Assembly (NCBI GenBank): GCA_003212055.1
Contig: QCQW01000002.1
Coordinates: 2,698 to 66,697, forward strand
Reading direction: 5' to 3'
DNA: 64,000 nucleotides
DNA from: Prochlorococcus sp. AG-459-A02
GTDB lineage: Bacteria; Cyanobacteriota; Cyanobacteriia; PCC-6307; Cyanobiaceae
Shown here: positions 33,050 to 43,084 of the stretch, piece by piece
Numbering within the stretch: position 1 is the stretch's first letter
Layout of the letters: each line of letters starts with the position of its first letter
Program-made: the position numbers and the translations under genes
Notes under the pieces: generated by a model
The model's database searches: none
Told to the model about the DNA's origin: nothing
Seen by the model: the letters and a program-made list of their open reading frames with translations, nothing else

Positions 33050-33481
33050 ATGAATGCGAGTTCAAATGTAAGTAATGTTCAAATAGCTAATAAAATTGCT
33101 TCTACTGCAGCTTTGTTTAGGAAATATTTTCCAGATGCGAGCGTAAACTTTAGTCCCTGGGACAATTCAAATAATGAATCTATGCAAGATTCTATTGATT
33201 TTGCTTTTCATTTTCCTGGTTGGAGTCCTCTTATTGAATGTAGAGCAATACTTTTACAATTAAGAATTGAAAATGATAATAATGACAGAGTCCCGAAATT
33301 GTTGGGAATAATAATGCGAGGTATGATTGTTCCTTCCGAGAGATGGAGAGTGGCTACCATCGGTGATTGGGAAATGACTGGTACTCATCTACCGCAAAAG
33401 GAACAAAAAGATAACCTTTTTTTGGTTTGTAAAGAACTTTATAAACTATTCTCTACAACATCCGCTGGTAACAAAAATTAG
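33050..33481 (+). CDS. Conserved hypothetical protein
   Basis: 143-aa ATG ORF with Trp/Pro-rich motifs (FSPWD, FHFPGWSP). Confidence 0.8.
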   Translation: MNASSNVSNVQIANKIASTAALFRKYFPDASVNFSPWDNSNNESMQDSIDFAFHFPGWSPLIECRAILLQLRIENDNNDRVPKLLGIIMRGMIVPSERWRVATIGDWEMTGTHLPQKEQKDNLFLVCKELYKLFSTTSAGNKN

Positions 33482-33538
33482 CTGTTTTATGTATTTTCCT
33501 TGTAGATTAAATACACTTACAAAAATAATTCAAAATAC

Positions 33539-34249
33539 ATGGCAGTCGCTCTTGCAGGACAATTAAGAGAAGGGACAAAAAAATCCCACACTATGGCAGA
33601 AAATACTGGCTTTGTGGCTTGTTTTTTAAAAGGAGTTGTTGAAAAAAAATCTTATAGAAAATTAATTAGTGATTTATATTTTGTTTATGAAGCTATGGAA
33701 GAAGAAATTGAAAGATTAGTTAATGAGGAACATCCCGTAATAAAACCTATAGGTTTTAAATCATTATTCAGGAAAGAAACTCTTGAAAATGATCTTAAAT
33801 TTTATTTTGGTGAAAACTGGAAGAATGAAATTAATATTTCTCACTCGGCAAAAGAATACGTTGATAGAATCAGAAAGGTCGCAAAAAATTCACCAGAGTT
33901 GTTGGTTGGGCACCACTACACTCGCTATATAGGAGATTTATCTGGGGGCCAAATTTTGAAAAGAATCGCTAAAAAAGCACTAAATTTGCAAGGAGATGAT
34001 GGTTTAAATTTTTATGAGTTTGAATTAATTGCTGATGAAAAGAAATTCAAGGAAGAATATTCCCTTACTTTGAATCAACTTCCAATAAACCAAAAGACTG
34101 CTGATCAAATTATTGATGAAGCTAATCAAGCTTTTACTTACAATATGAAAATGTTTAAGGAGCTTGAAGGTAACTTGATTGCTGTTTTAGGCAAGATTGT
34201 ATTTAATTACATTACAAAAAAAGTAAGGAAAGGAAGCACCGAGACCTAG
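33539..34249 (+). CDS. ho1: Heme oxygenase (biliverdin-producing)
   Basis: LREGTKKSHTMAE, HHYTRYIGDLSGGQIL. Confidence 0.96.
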   Translation: MAVALAGQLREGTKKSHTMAENTGFVACFLKGVVEKKSYRKLISDLYFVYEAMEEEIERLVNEEHPVIKPIGFKSLFRKETLENDLKFYFGENWKNEINISHSAKEYVDRIRKVAKNSPELLVGHHYTRYIGDLSGGQILKRIAKKALNLQGDDGLNFYEFELIADEKKFKEEYSLTLNQLPINQKTADQIIDEANQAFTYNMKMFKELEGNLIAVLGKIVFNYITKKVRKGSTET

Positions 34250-34255
34250 TAATTT

Positions 34256-34966
34256 ATGTTTGATTCATTAGTTGATTTCCTTAAAACCAATATTGATGAA
34301 TTAAATGGTCATGAAGTACAAATATCTAGCGAATTTAAAGAACATCACAATGAAGACTCAAAATATATTATTAAAAATTGGCTTTTTTCATCTCCCGAAT
34401 ATAGAAAGTGGCGAATAACAAGATTAGACGGTGGAAAAAAACTACAAGTGTTTAATACGGTCGCATATCCAAATTTTGATAGTGAAATACCTATTTTAGG
34501 AGCTGATATTTTATGGTTTGGAAATTCTCAAAAGTTATTAGCAATACTTGATTATCAACCTTTAATTCAAGAAGGAAACTATCTTGAAAAATATTGTTCA
34601 AGTTTAGGTAGTATTAAGAAAAAATATTCTGCATTTGATAATAATAAAATGAAGAATATATATGATTCAAAAAAGTATTTTTCCCCATGGGTGATTATAT
34701 GTAGAGGAAATAAATTAAATCTTGAAAGAGATTTAAATAATATATTCCATTTATTTGTAAATAATTATTTGAACATTTATAAATCGAATCCAGTTAATCA
34801 TTTTTTAAATACAGAGGAAATAAAGATTAATCAAATTAAATATGATAAGTACAGTTTTGAAAAAGACCCTGCAGATAAATTGTTTAAATCTTTTTTTGGA
34901 GAAAAATGGACAAAAAAATTTATCAATAAATTTCTTTTTACATTAAATAATGAGATTATTCATTGA
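34256..34966 (+). CDS. pebA: 15,16-dihydrobiliverdin:ferredoxin oxidoreductase
   Basis: [34 protein letters not shown]; follows ho1. Confidence 0.9.
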   Translation: MFDSLVDFLKTNIDELNGHEVQISSEFKEHHNEDSKYIIKNWLFSSPEYRKWRITRLDGGKKLQVFNTVAYPNFDSEIPILGADILWFGNSQKLLAILDYQPLIQEGNYLEKYCSSLGSIKKKYSAFDNNKMKNIYDSKKYFSPWVIICRGNKLNLERDLNNIFHLFVNNYLNIYKSNPVNHFLNTEEIKINQIKYDKYSFEKDPADKLFKSFFGEKWTKKFINKFLFTLNNEIIH

Positions 34967-35728
34967 ATGTTAATACAAGATACTATTTTTTACAGGCCAG
35001 ATTGGAGATGGCATAATTTTCTAAAATATTTAACTAATAATTTAAGTAAATATAATTGTTTAGAAAAAATAATACCCTCGGAATATTCTTATAAAGATTC
35101 AACTTATGGTTCAAAAAAATCAAAAAAAAATGTGAATCTCTCTACTTGGGGTGTAACGCATAAAAAAAGAATTCAATTCGCAAGAGCTGTGTGTATAAAT
35201 AGTCCAAATTATTCTGTTTTAAATTTTTTAATTATTCCTAACACTATTTATAATGTCCCTTTTTTTGGAGTAGATTTTGTTTCTCTACCTAATAGTCATT
35301 TATTAGTATTAGATTTTCAGCCTTCATTAAAAATACAAAATCAATACAATAATCAGTTATTAGAAAAACTTATAAAACTCAAAAATCATTGTCATTCATC
35401 ACTCCCATTAGCTGAAAAAATGTCTGCAGATGTAGCTAGATTTTTTTCTCCAGGAGTAATCTGGTCAAAATTACCAAAAGAAGAAAGAAGTGATTTTTTA
35501 ATTGCTAATCAGCTTTATACCTCATTTAAGGAATACCTTGATTTATATTTGGAAATTCTTTTTGAAAGTAAAGAAGCCAATATGGAACTGCAAAAAGAAT
35601 TAATAAATGGTCAAAATAATTATTTGAAATATAGAAGAGATAACGATCCAGCAAGGCCAATGTTGTCGAGTTTGTTTGGTAAAGAATTTACTGAATCTTT
35701 AATTAAAGAAGTTTTATTTACTACTTAA
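34967..35728 (+). CDS. pebB: Phycoerythrobilin:ferredoxin oxidoreductase
   Basis: [32 protein letters not shown]. Confidence 0.9.
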   Translation: MLIQDTIFYRPDWRWHNFLKYLTNNLSKYNCLEKIIPSEYSYKDSTYGSKKSKKNVNLSTWGVTHKKRIQFARAVCINSPNYSVLNFLIIPNTIYNVPFFGVDFVSLPNSHLLVLDFQPSLKIQNQYNNQLLEKLIKLKNHCHSSLPLAEKMSADVARFFSPGVIWSKLPKEERSDFLIANQLYTSFKEYLDLYLEILFESKEANMELQKELINGQNNYLKYRRDNDPARPMLSSLFGKEFTESLIKEVLFTT

Positions 35729-35760
35729 AAGTCTTATAATTTATTGAAATTTGAAATTAT

Positions 35761-36234
35761 ATGAAAGAAATTTCTGTTCTTTTTGTATGTTTGGGAAATA
35801 TTTGTAGGTCTCCTGCAGCAGAAGCCATCTTTATAAGTCTACTTGAAAAAAAGGGATTAACCGATGGCTTTATTGTAGATTCTGCTGGAACTGGAAGTTG
35901 GCATATTGGAAAAAAAGCTGACTCTAGGATGAGAATTGCGGCAGAAAGAAGAGATATAAATATTTTAAGCAGGGCTCGTCAAATTACTAGCAAAGATTTT
36001 GACGAATTTAACTATATCCTTGCGATGGACGATTCAAATTTTAGAAATATTCAAGATCTTAAAAATAGAACAGCTTCAACTGGTCTTGCATCAATTAAAA
36101 AAATACAAGATTTTAGATCAGTTTTTAATGAGCAAGAAGTTCCTGACCCATATTTTGGAGGTGATGAAGGCTTCGATTATGTCCTTGATATTTTAGAAGA
36201 CTCTGTAAAAGGTTTTTTGGAAAGTATTTATTGA
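35761..36234 (+). CDS. Low-molecular-weight protein tyrosine phosphatase
   Basis: VCLGNICRSPAAE, DSAGT, VPDPYFG. Confidence 0.94.
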   Translation: MKEISVLFVCLGNICRSPAAEAIFISLLEKKGLTDGFIVDSAGTGSWHIGKKADSRMRIAAERRDINILSRARQITSKDFDEFNYILAMDDSNFRNIQDLKNRTASTGLASIKKIQDFRSVFNEQEVPDPYFGGDEGFDYVLDILEDSVKGFLESIY

Positions 36235-36236
36235 AT

Positions 36237-37769
36237 TTATTTGATCTCAGCCTCTTTAGGAATCTTGTCATTGTAAAGATTAATGATTTTGTCCACTACT
36301 TCATTAATTGAATATCCATCCGTAATAATTTCTAATGCGTCATTTGCTTTTATTAGAGGTGAAATTTTCCTATTTGAATCTTCAAAATCTCTTTTCTTTA
36401 TAAGTTCTTTTAATGTATCAAGATCTATTTCTTGTAAGTCTTTACTATTTTTATCCGATTTTCTTCTTTTTGCTCTTTCATCGATGCTAGCAGTTAAAAA
36501 GATTTTAAGTTCTGCATGAGGAAAAACAGTAGTTCCTATATCTCTTCCCTCAGCTACAAGACCGCCTGATTCGCCAATTTTTCTTTGTTCTTCTACTAAG
36601 AATTTTCTTACTTCTTTTATTGAAGAAATTTTAGAAACTATGGAACTTATCTTTTGCGATCTAATTTCTTCAGTAACACAGTAGTTATTAACATAAACAT
36701 CCTGATGTGAATTTGTATTTGACTTGAAAACAATAGATATATCTTTAAGAATATTCTGTAATTTTTCTTCTTTTTTATAATCAATGCTTTCTTTTATCAG
36801 GAGCCAACTCAATGCCCTATACATTGCTCCAGTATCTAGATATAAAAGTTTCAGTTTTTTCGCTATTAACTTTGTTACTGTACTTTTACCTGACCCTGCA
36901 GGGCCATCGATTGCAATAATCGGCCTTCTTTTCATGAGAAAAACGTGATCAATTAATCTTGTCTCTCCACATCTTATCGCACCAGCCAATAAAGAAATAT
37001 TATCCTCAAGTCTTGCTTTTTGGAGTGTATGAGGGTGTAGATGTTCTAAATATTCAATTGAAATTTTTTTTGCTGATAGCTTTTTAATTATTTCGTTTAA
37101 ATTGATCTTTTTTTCTTGTTGAAAATTTTTTTTTGCTTCTAATAACTCACTTGAAAAAAAACTAATCAATTTTCTTTCGTTTTTTGATAAATGTAAATTA
37201 CGTGAACTTAAAGGAATTCCATCATAATCTCTTTGTGTAGGAATAGATTTAATAGCAACATTTAATTTCTTTCTTAAGACAAGATTTTTTAAAATTAAAA
37301 GTTGTTGCCAATCTTTTTCTCCTAAGTAAAGATTTTTTGGCTTTATGAGATTAAGTAATCTATAAACTACTGTACAAACGCCATCAAAGTGTCCAATTCG
37401 ATTTAATCCACATAATGCAGAAGATAATTCTATTGGAGCTTTTAGGAATTTAATATTTTTATTATTCGGTGGATATATATCTTCATTACTTGGGATGAAG
37501 ATGGCATCTGCGCCATTTGAAAAGGATATTTTTATATCGTTATCAATTGTTCTGGGGTAATTCTCTAAATCTAACTTGTTATCAAATTGAAGTGGATTAA
37601 TAAAAATACTTACCAAATTAACATTAGAATTGTCATTTTTTGCTGTTGATATTAGTTTTATATGTCCATTATGAAGATTACCCATTGTTGGAATAAAGTT
37701 AATTTCACTATTTATATTTCTCCTCCAATTTTCTATTTCTTCAGTTTTCCTTATGATTACTTTCTTCAC
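36237..37769 (-). CDS. panC/cmk: Bifunctional pantoate--beta-alanine ligase / cytidylate kinase
   Basis: PTMGNLHNGH and RLIDH (PanC) fused to IDGPAGSGKST, DTGAMYR and EGRDIGT (Cmk). Confidence 0.96.
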   Translation of the reverse strand: MKKVIIRKTEEIENWRRNINSEINFIPTMGNLHNGHIKLISTAKNDNSNVNLVSIFINPLQFDNKLDLENYPRTIDNDIKISFSNGADAIFIPSNEDIYPPNNKNIKFLKAPIELSSALCGLNRIGHFDGVCTVVYRLLNLIKPKNLYLGEKDWQQLLILKNLVLRKKLNVAIKSIPTQRDYDGIPLSSRNLHLSKNERKLISFFSSELLEAKKNFQQEKKINLNEIIKKLSAKKISIEYLEHLHPHTLQKARLEDNISLLAGAIRCGETRLIDHVFLMKRRPIIAIDGPAGSGKSTVTKLIAKKLKLLYLDTGAMYRALSWLLIKESIDYKKEEKLQNILKDISIVFKSNTNSHQDVYVNNYCVTEEIRSQKISSIVSKISSIKEVRKFLVEEQRKIGESGGLVAEGRDIGTTVFPHAELKIFLTASIDERAKRRKSDKNSKDLQEIDLDTLKELIKKRDFEDSNRKISPLIKANDALEIITDGYSINEVVDKIINLYNDKIPKEAEIK

Positions 37770-37867
37770 TTTGTTTTTAAAAAATAAATCTATTTGATAA
37801 ATAATTACTGGACAAAAGCAATCTTAGGAGGAATATCTATATAGGGAAAGTCTATCATTTTTATTTC

Positions 37868-38911
37868 ATGGATTACAAAACATCAGGTGTTGATATAGAA
37901 GCTGGGCGAGAATTTGTTTCCGAAATTAAACAGGCAGTGGAAGGAACTCATACTTCTAATGTGATTGAGGGTATTGGTGGGTTCGGAGGTTTGTTTAGAA
38001 TTCCTATCGATAGTTTTAAAAAACCAGTTCTAGTTTCAGGAACTGATGGTGTTGGAACAAAATTAGAATTAGCTCAAAGTAAAAACTTTCACTTTGAGGT
38101 TGGTATTGATTTAGTTGCTATGTGCATGAACGATATCATCACTAGTGGGGCAAAACCTTTATTTTTTCTGGATTATATTGCTACTGGTAAACTTGATAAG
38201 AAACAATTATTGAGGGTTGTTCAGGGAATTTCACATGGCTGCGGAGAAAATAACTGTTCATTACTCGGCGGAGAAACTGCTGAAATGCCTGGATTTTATT
38301 CAAAAAATAAGTATGATCTTGCAGGATTTTGTGTTGGAATAGTTGACGAGGATAAGCTTATTAATGGAAAAAAAGTATCCGAAAATGACTTAATAATTGC
38401 TTTAAACAGTAATGGAGTTCATAGTAATGGCTTTAGTTTAGTAAGAAAAATTATTCAAAACAATAATCAAATAGATAAAGAATTTGAAAAAGTTTCTCAC
38501 TTAAATTTTTATGATGAGTTATTGAAACCTACAAAAATTTACAATAATGCGATTAACCAAATGTTATCTGAAAATATAGAAATTAAAGCAATGTCTCATA
38601 TTACTGGAGGAGGAATTCCAGAAAATTTACCAAGATGTATGCCCTCTGATTTTATTCCTTATATCAATACCAGTTCTTGGGAAATACCTATTTTATTTAA
38701 GTTCCTTAAAGAGAAAGGATCGATTCCTGAAAAAGATTTTTGGAATACTTTTAATCTTGGAGTGGGATTTTGTTTAATTATTGATAAACAATTTAAGGAC
38801 GCGATATTAAGTATCTGTAAAGATCATGACATAGATAGTTGGGAAATTGGAAAGATTGTTCGAAAAAACGATTCAACAATTAGTAAATTTTTGCCAGAAA
38901 TTTTAACTTAA
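37868..38911 (+). CDS. purM: Phosphoribosylformylglycinamidine cyclo-ligase
   Basis: GTDGVGTK, GGETAEMPG, HSNGFSL, HITGGG. Confidence 0.97.
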   Translation: MDYKTSGVDIEAGREFVSEIKQAVEGTHTSNVIEGIGGFGGLFRIPIDSFKKPVLVSGTDGVGTKLELAQSKNFHFEVGIDLVAMCMNDIITSGAKPLFFLDYIATGKLDKKQLLRVVQGISHGCGENNCSLLGGETAEMPGFYSKNKYDLAGFCVGIVDEDKLINGKKVSENDLIIALNSNGVHSNGFSLVRKIIQNNNQIDKEFEKVSHLNFYDELLKPTKIYNNAINQMLSENIEIKAMSHITGGGIPENLPRCMPSDFIPYINTSSWEIPILFKFLKEKGSIPEKDFWNTFNLGVGFCLIIDKQFKDAILSICKDHDIDSWEIGKIVRKNDSTISKFLPEILT

Positions 38912-38981
38912 ATTTTTTTATCTTTTTTAAATGAGTTTTAAAAAATTATTTTTTATACCCAAATGAAAAAGTTAGGTGTAA

Positions 38982-38987
38982 TATAAT
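38982..38987 (+). promoter_or_regulatory. Candidate -10 element (TATAAT) for the 39044 gene
   Basis: Perfect TATAAT about 56 nt upstream of the ATG, followed by a small CCGA-N6-TCGG hairpin; AT-rich context limits significance. Confidence 0.3.
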
Positions 38988-39043
38988 AAAATTACCGCCG
39001 AATTATATCGGAAGTTTAAGTTTTAAGAATTAACCTTTATTCA

Positions 39044-39688
39044 ATGCCTTTTGCAAATAATCAAAGAATTACACGTAGACGTAGTTCAGCTGGCCCTACA
39101 CCTCCAAAAAGACCAATAGCTAATAATTCCGAATTGAGTGGTAGACAGGCTCAAGGCCCAAGACCAACTTTCTTGACACTAAGGGATCACGGGAAAGTTT
39201 TTGTCGCTGATTTACCTAATTTGTCCGATGGTCAATTAGCGCATATTAGTAAAGAAGCTAATGAAGTCTTAAATAGTTTGGAAAAAAGACTTAGTGATCT
39301 TGAAAATGAACCTAATGTTAGTAATCCTGAAAACGATACGCTGATAAAAGCCTCTACCAAAAGAGATGTCACACTGAGGTTTATTAAATCAATAGAAGAA
39401 GAACAAGATCATAGAAAGAATAATCCTGCTTTACGAGATGCTGCATCTGAATCGTTACCGAGAACTTTTCTTGAGGTTGCTAGACATAGATTACCCGGAG
39501 CAACTTTTGATTCACTACTTCGAGAGGCTCTTGAAGCTTGTGCAGTTGATGAGAGCACTGATGTAAATCAAGTTATTGATGAACCTAAAGAAACTGTAAA
39601 AATTATGGATATACCCTCTTCAAACACAAATGCTTCACTTGTTGTTAGTATCGATTCAAGTGATGAGCCCAAAAATGACTCTATTTGA
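39044..39688 (+). CDS. Conserved hypothetical protein
   Basis: 214-aa ORF with a basic disordered N-terminus (RRRSSAGPTPPKRP) and helical core. Confidence 0.8.
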   Translation: MPFANNQRITRRRSSAGPTPPKRPIANNSELSGRQAQGPRPTFLTLRDHGKVFVADLPNLSDGQLAHISKEANEVLNSLEKRLSDLENEPNVSNPENDTLIKASTKRDVTLRFIKSIEEEQDHRKNNPALRDAASESLPRTFLEVARHRLPGATFDSLLREALEACAVDESTDVNQVIDEPKETVKIMDIPSSNTNASLVVSIDSSDEPKNDSI

Positions 39689-39842
39689 TGCAACACAAGA
39701 ATTAATAAGTTTTAAACACCAAGATAATTCAAAAATCAACCTTACTTCAGAGAAAGATCCCATTTTATGTAATCATTGCAAAAGGACTGCATCAAACGGC
39801 GTTAGATGTTTAGGAATGTGTGTAGCAGATAATGATTACTAA
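39675..39842 (+). CDS. Small Cys-motif protein (start taken at ATG 39675)
   Basis: C-terminal CNHC-x9-CLGMC-VADNDY; in frame with the 39630 ORF. Confidence 0.65.
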   Translation: MTLFDATQELISFKHQDNSKINLTSEKDPILCNHCKRTASNGVRCLGMCVADNDY

Positions 39843-40049
39843 AATTTAAATTTATATATAAATAATCTGATAAAAATAATTAATAAATTTATTTAATTTT
39901 ATTTATTAATGGATATAAGTTATTATTTATCAATAATAAAGAAAAGATTATTTTTCTATATATCAATAAGTAATTGAAATTTTATAACCTTTATTTGAAA
40001 TTAAAGTTCTTCGAAAACTTAATAATTAAATGCGTAAAACAATTAAACA

Positions 40050-40120
40050 AGGCGGCACCCAGATTCGAACTGGGGATAAAGGATTTGCAATCCTCTGCCT
40101 TACCACTTGGCCATGCCGCC
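40050..40120 (-). tRNA. tRNA-Cys (GCA)
   Basis: GGCGGCATGGCCAAGTGGTAAGGCAGAGGATTGCAAATCCTTTATCCCCAGTTCGAATCTGGGTGCCGCCT. Confidence 0.96.
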
Positions 40121-40162
40121 GGAAAAGATTCGATTGAGTCTTTTTATGATCTTAACAGTAAG

Positions 40163-41392
40163 GTGTCTCATTCTATATTATTTATATGCAACGGTCATGG
40201 AGAAGATGTAATCGCATCGGAAATAATAAAAAGATTACTAAAAAAAATAAAAAATAAAAATATTGAAGTTTTGCCTTTAGTAGGAAATGGAGATGTATTT
40301 AATTCCATAAAATCAAAGAATTTTCGTAAAATAGGATCTTTAAAAGAGCTGCCTAGTGGAGGTTTTAGTAATCAAAGTCTGAAGGGATTTGTGCTTGATT
40401 TGTTTGCAGGATTTTTAATCGATAATTTGAGAAATTTTCTACTTGTAAAACAGAAGTCAAAACATAACTGCAAAATTATCGCAGTAGGCGATTTCTTGCC
40501 GTTACTTTATGCTTGGAGTTCAGAATGCGAATTTAGTTTCATTGGAACTCCCAAAAGTGATCATACGTGGAGTAGTGGGCCAGGTTGGGATTTAAGCGAT
40601 TTTTATCATAAGTTGAAAGGTTCTGAATGGGATCCATGGGAAATGTTTTTAATGAAATCTCCAAGATGTAAAAATTTAATTATGAGAGATAAAATTACAG
40701 CTAATAATTTGAATAGAAAAAATATTGATGCAAAATACTTGGGTAATCCAATGATGGATTTTGTTAATCTAACAAATGAGAAGATATCAAATATTATTTC
40801 TTTTAAAAGGATTATTTTATTAGTTGGAAGTAGATACCCTGAAGCTCTTAAAAATCTTGATAATTTTCTTAATTGTTTGCAAGATTTTGATTTATCAAAG
40901 GATTTGGTAATACTTTTGCCTTTGAGCATTAATGCGAATTTGATTCAAATTCAAAGTTATTTAAATAAATATGGTTTTATAAAACAGAGTAAAGTTAAAT
41001 TCATAATTGATGAAGATTCAGTATGGAAAAAGAAAGGTCAATATGTAGTTATTGGAAAAGGTAAATTCAATTCATGGGCCAATATGGCAGAAGTTGGGTT
41101 GTCTAATGCAGGAACTGCTACAGAGCAAATTGCTGGTCTTGGAATTCCATCTCTTTCTCTACCGGGAACTGGACCACAATTTACAAAATCATTTGCAAAA
41201 AGGCAATCAAGATTATTAGGAGGTAGTGTTTTAGTTTGCAAGAACAAAAAAATTCTTTTAAAAAGTTTAAGTTTTCTTTTGAAAGGAAAAGTTGGCAGGT
41301 TAAAACAAGCAAAAATTGGGAAAAAAAGAATGGGGAAATCCGGAGCAAGTGAGAAAATCGTAGATGCCATAAACCTTCATTTGTTATCTTAG
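40163..41392 (+). CDS. Lipid-A-disaccharide synthase-related glycosyltransferase (start corrected to GTG 40163)
   Basis: LFICNGHGED at the N-terminus, LPSGGF, GNPMMD, AGTATEQ, GPQFT; the longer ORF would run through tRNA-Cys. Confidence 0.85.
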   Translation: MSHSILFICNGHGEDVIASEIIKRLLKKIKNKNIEVLPLVGNGDVFNSIKSKNFRKIGSLKELPSGGFSNQSLKGFVLDLFAGFLIDNLRNFLLVKQKSKHNCKIIAVGDFLPLLYAWSSECEFSFIGTPKSDHTWSSGPGWDLSDFYHKLKGSEWDPWEMFLMKSPRCKNLIMRDKITANNLNRKNIDAKYLGNPMMDFVNLTNEKISNIISFKRIILLVGSRYPEALKNLDNFLNCLQDFDLSKDLVILLPLSINANLIQIQSYLNKYGFIKQSKVKFIIDEDSVWKKKGQYVVIGKGKFNSWANMAEVGLSNAGTATEQIAGLGIPSLSLPGTGPQFTKSFAKRQSRLLGGSVLVCKNKKILLKSLSFLLKGKVGRLKQAKIGKKRMGKSGASEKIVDAINLHLLS

Positions 41393-41428
41393 TAAATGGC
41401 ACTAGCTTATTAATTATTAATTTTTTAT

Positions 41429-41695
41429 ATGTATCCAATAAATGATCGGCAATATCTAAAAATTTGTGCAGAGATTGCAAAACTTATGAGTATAAGCTTA
41501 TCTTCTGCTAAGAAGAAAGTAGAAATTCAAATTGCAAAAGAAGGCTCGAAAAATATTCAAGAAAAAATACAAGTTGCGCAAGATGTCTTAAAAATTTGTG
41601 AAAAAAATGATGGAGATAAATTAAGTTCTTCAAAGATACTTGATAAGCTTATGGAAACTCTTGATGGTGAAGATAATTTTTTGACTGAAGATTGA
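41429..41695 (+). CDS. Small conserved hypothetical protein
   Basis: 88-aa ATG ORF ending in acidic EDNFLTED. Confidence 0.75.
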   Translation: MYPINDRQYLKICAEIAKLMSISLSSAKKKVEIQIAKEGSKNIQEKIQVAQDVLKICEKNDGDKLSSSKILDKLMETLDGEDNFLTED

Positions 41696-41698
41696 TCC

Positions 41699-42334
41699 TT
41701 AATGTTCAAATATATTTGTAAATTTTAGGATGTCTAAATCAGCATGTACAGAAACTGTTTCGAAACATTTTTGAGCTAATTCATATCTATTCTCTCTTTC
41801 TAAGATAACTTTTAATTTATGCATAGCTTCAATTAAATATCTAACATCATTTGCTGCATAATCTAATTGATCTTTGGTTAAATCATGGTTGCTGCCCCAA
41901 TCACTGCTTTGTGAACTTTTGTCTAATTCTATACCTAATAATTCATTAATTAAATCTTTTAAACCGTGTTTATTTGTATAAGTTCTTGCTAGCTTGCTAG
42001 CAATTTTTGTACAAAAAATATTTTTTGTATTAATTTCAAGATTACATTTTAGAGCCGCTACATCAAATCTCGCATAATGAAAGATTTTAGTAATTTTGTC
42101 ATCTTCAAGAAGTGCTCTTAAATAAGGTGAAGAAGATGTGTTAAGTTCGATTTTTATACAGGATGTTTTTTTAAATTCATTACATATTTGTACTAAACAG
42201 AGCCTATCTCTGCCATGAATTAACCCCATTGCTTCAGTGTCAATAGCTAGGAAGGATGATTTTTTATAAAGATTATATAAATCTGCTGTTAAGTCATTGT
42301 AAAGAAGATCAATATTTTTATTTTCAATAGTCAT
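41699..42334 (-). CDS. rnd: Ribonuclease D-like DEDDy 3'-5' exonuclease
   Basis: AIDTE, RLCLVQ, FHYARFD, QSSDW, YAANDV. Confidence 0.9.
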   Translation of the reverse strand: MTIENKNIDLLYNDLTADLYNLYKKSSFLAIDTEAMGLIHGRDRLCLVQICNEFKKTSCIKIELNTSSSPYLRALLEDDKITKIFHYARFDVAALKCNLEINTKNIFCTKIASKLARTYTNKHGLKDLINELLGIELDKSSQSSDWGSNHDLTKDQLDYAANDVRYLIEAMHKLKVILERENRYELAQKCFETVSVHADLDILKFTNIFEH

Positions 42335-42498
42335 TTTTAATAATTATTTAAAGTAATTTAAGATTTTGAATATTGCTTAAGATTTGATTAAATTAAGAAT
42401 TTTTATCTAATAAGATTATTTTACAGAATAAATTTAAAAAATTATAATATGATGTAACTTTAATTTTTATTCTCGAGTTACTAGAAAAAAATTATTTA

Positions 42499-43056
42499 AT
42501 GTCCTATTACTTAAATTCAACATTATTACTGACAATTCTTTTAGCCATAGGATTATTTTTTTTTCTTAGAGCTTCGAGTAAAGATAGAACAACAATCGTT
42601 GAGATTTCATCTTCTCAAAAGCCAGTTAAGGTTTTAAATGGTTTATGTGAATGGCTTAATTTGAGGGGATGGAAGCAAACGGGAGGAGATTTTGAACAAA
42701 GAATCTTAATATTTAAGGGACAAGTTGTTTCTAGTAAATTTTTAGCAATTTTTTTAGGTCTTCTAGGCGGTTTTGGTTCTTGTGCTTTGGGATTAGTAAT
42801 TATTCAAATATATCCTGAATTAGGTTGGTGGCCTATTCTTTTAGGATTAATTGGTGGCCCTTTGTCTGGAATTGTTTATTTTAAAAAATCAGCAAGAGAG
42901 GAGAAATTTGAATTAAGATTGATCAACGAGAATGAAAATGATTCAACTTTCATGAGATTAAGGGCGCACAGAGATGAATTAATCTCTTTAGAAAATGAAC
43001 TTGGAGAAAAACTTCAATTAAAAAGTGACGGTTCTTTATTTAAAACACCTATTTAA
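42499..43056 (+). CDS. Cofactor assembly of complex C subunit B (CCB1-like)
   Basis: STLLLTILLAIGLFFFLRASSKDR, AHRDEL; membrane protein. Confidence 0.8.
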   Translation: MSYYLNSTLLLTILLAIGLFFFLRASSKDRTTIVEISSSQKPVKVLNGLCEWLNLRGWKQTGGDFEQRILIFKGQVVSSKFLAIFLGLLGGFGSCALGLVIIQIYPELGWWPILLGLIGGPLSGIVYFKKSAREEKFELRLINENENDSTFMRLRAHRDELISLENELGEKLQLKSDGSLFKTPI

Positions 43057-43084
43057 TGTACTTTAAAAAGTTATTCGATTATTT

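Noticed and set aside
33501-33515. TGTA-N7-TACA upstream of ho1 resembling an NtcA box
   Set aside because: The spacer is one base shorter than the GTA-N8-TAC consensus.
39974-40162. 63-aa N-terminal extension of the glycosyltransferase ORF
   Set aside because: It reads through the antisense of tRNA-Cys; the family motif starts at GTG 40163.
42358-42417. Four TAAGA(T/A)T-like repeats in the rnd/ccb1 spacer
   Set aside because: Spacing is irregular and the context is very AT-rich; chance is sufficient.
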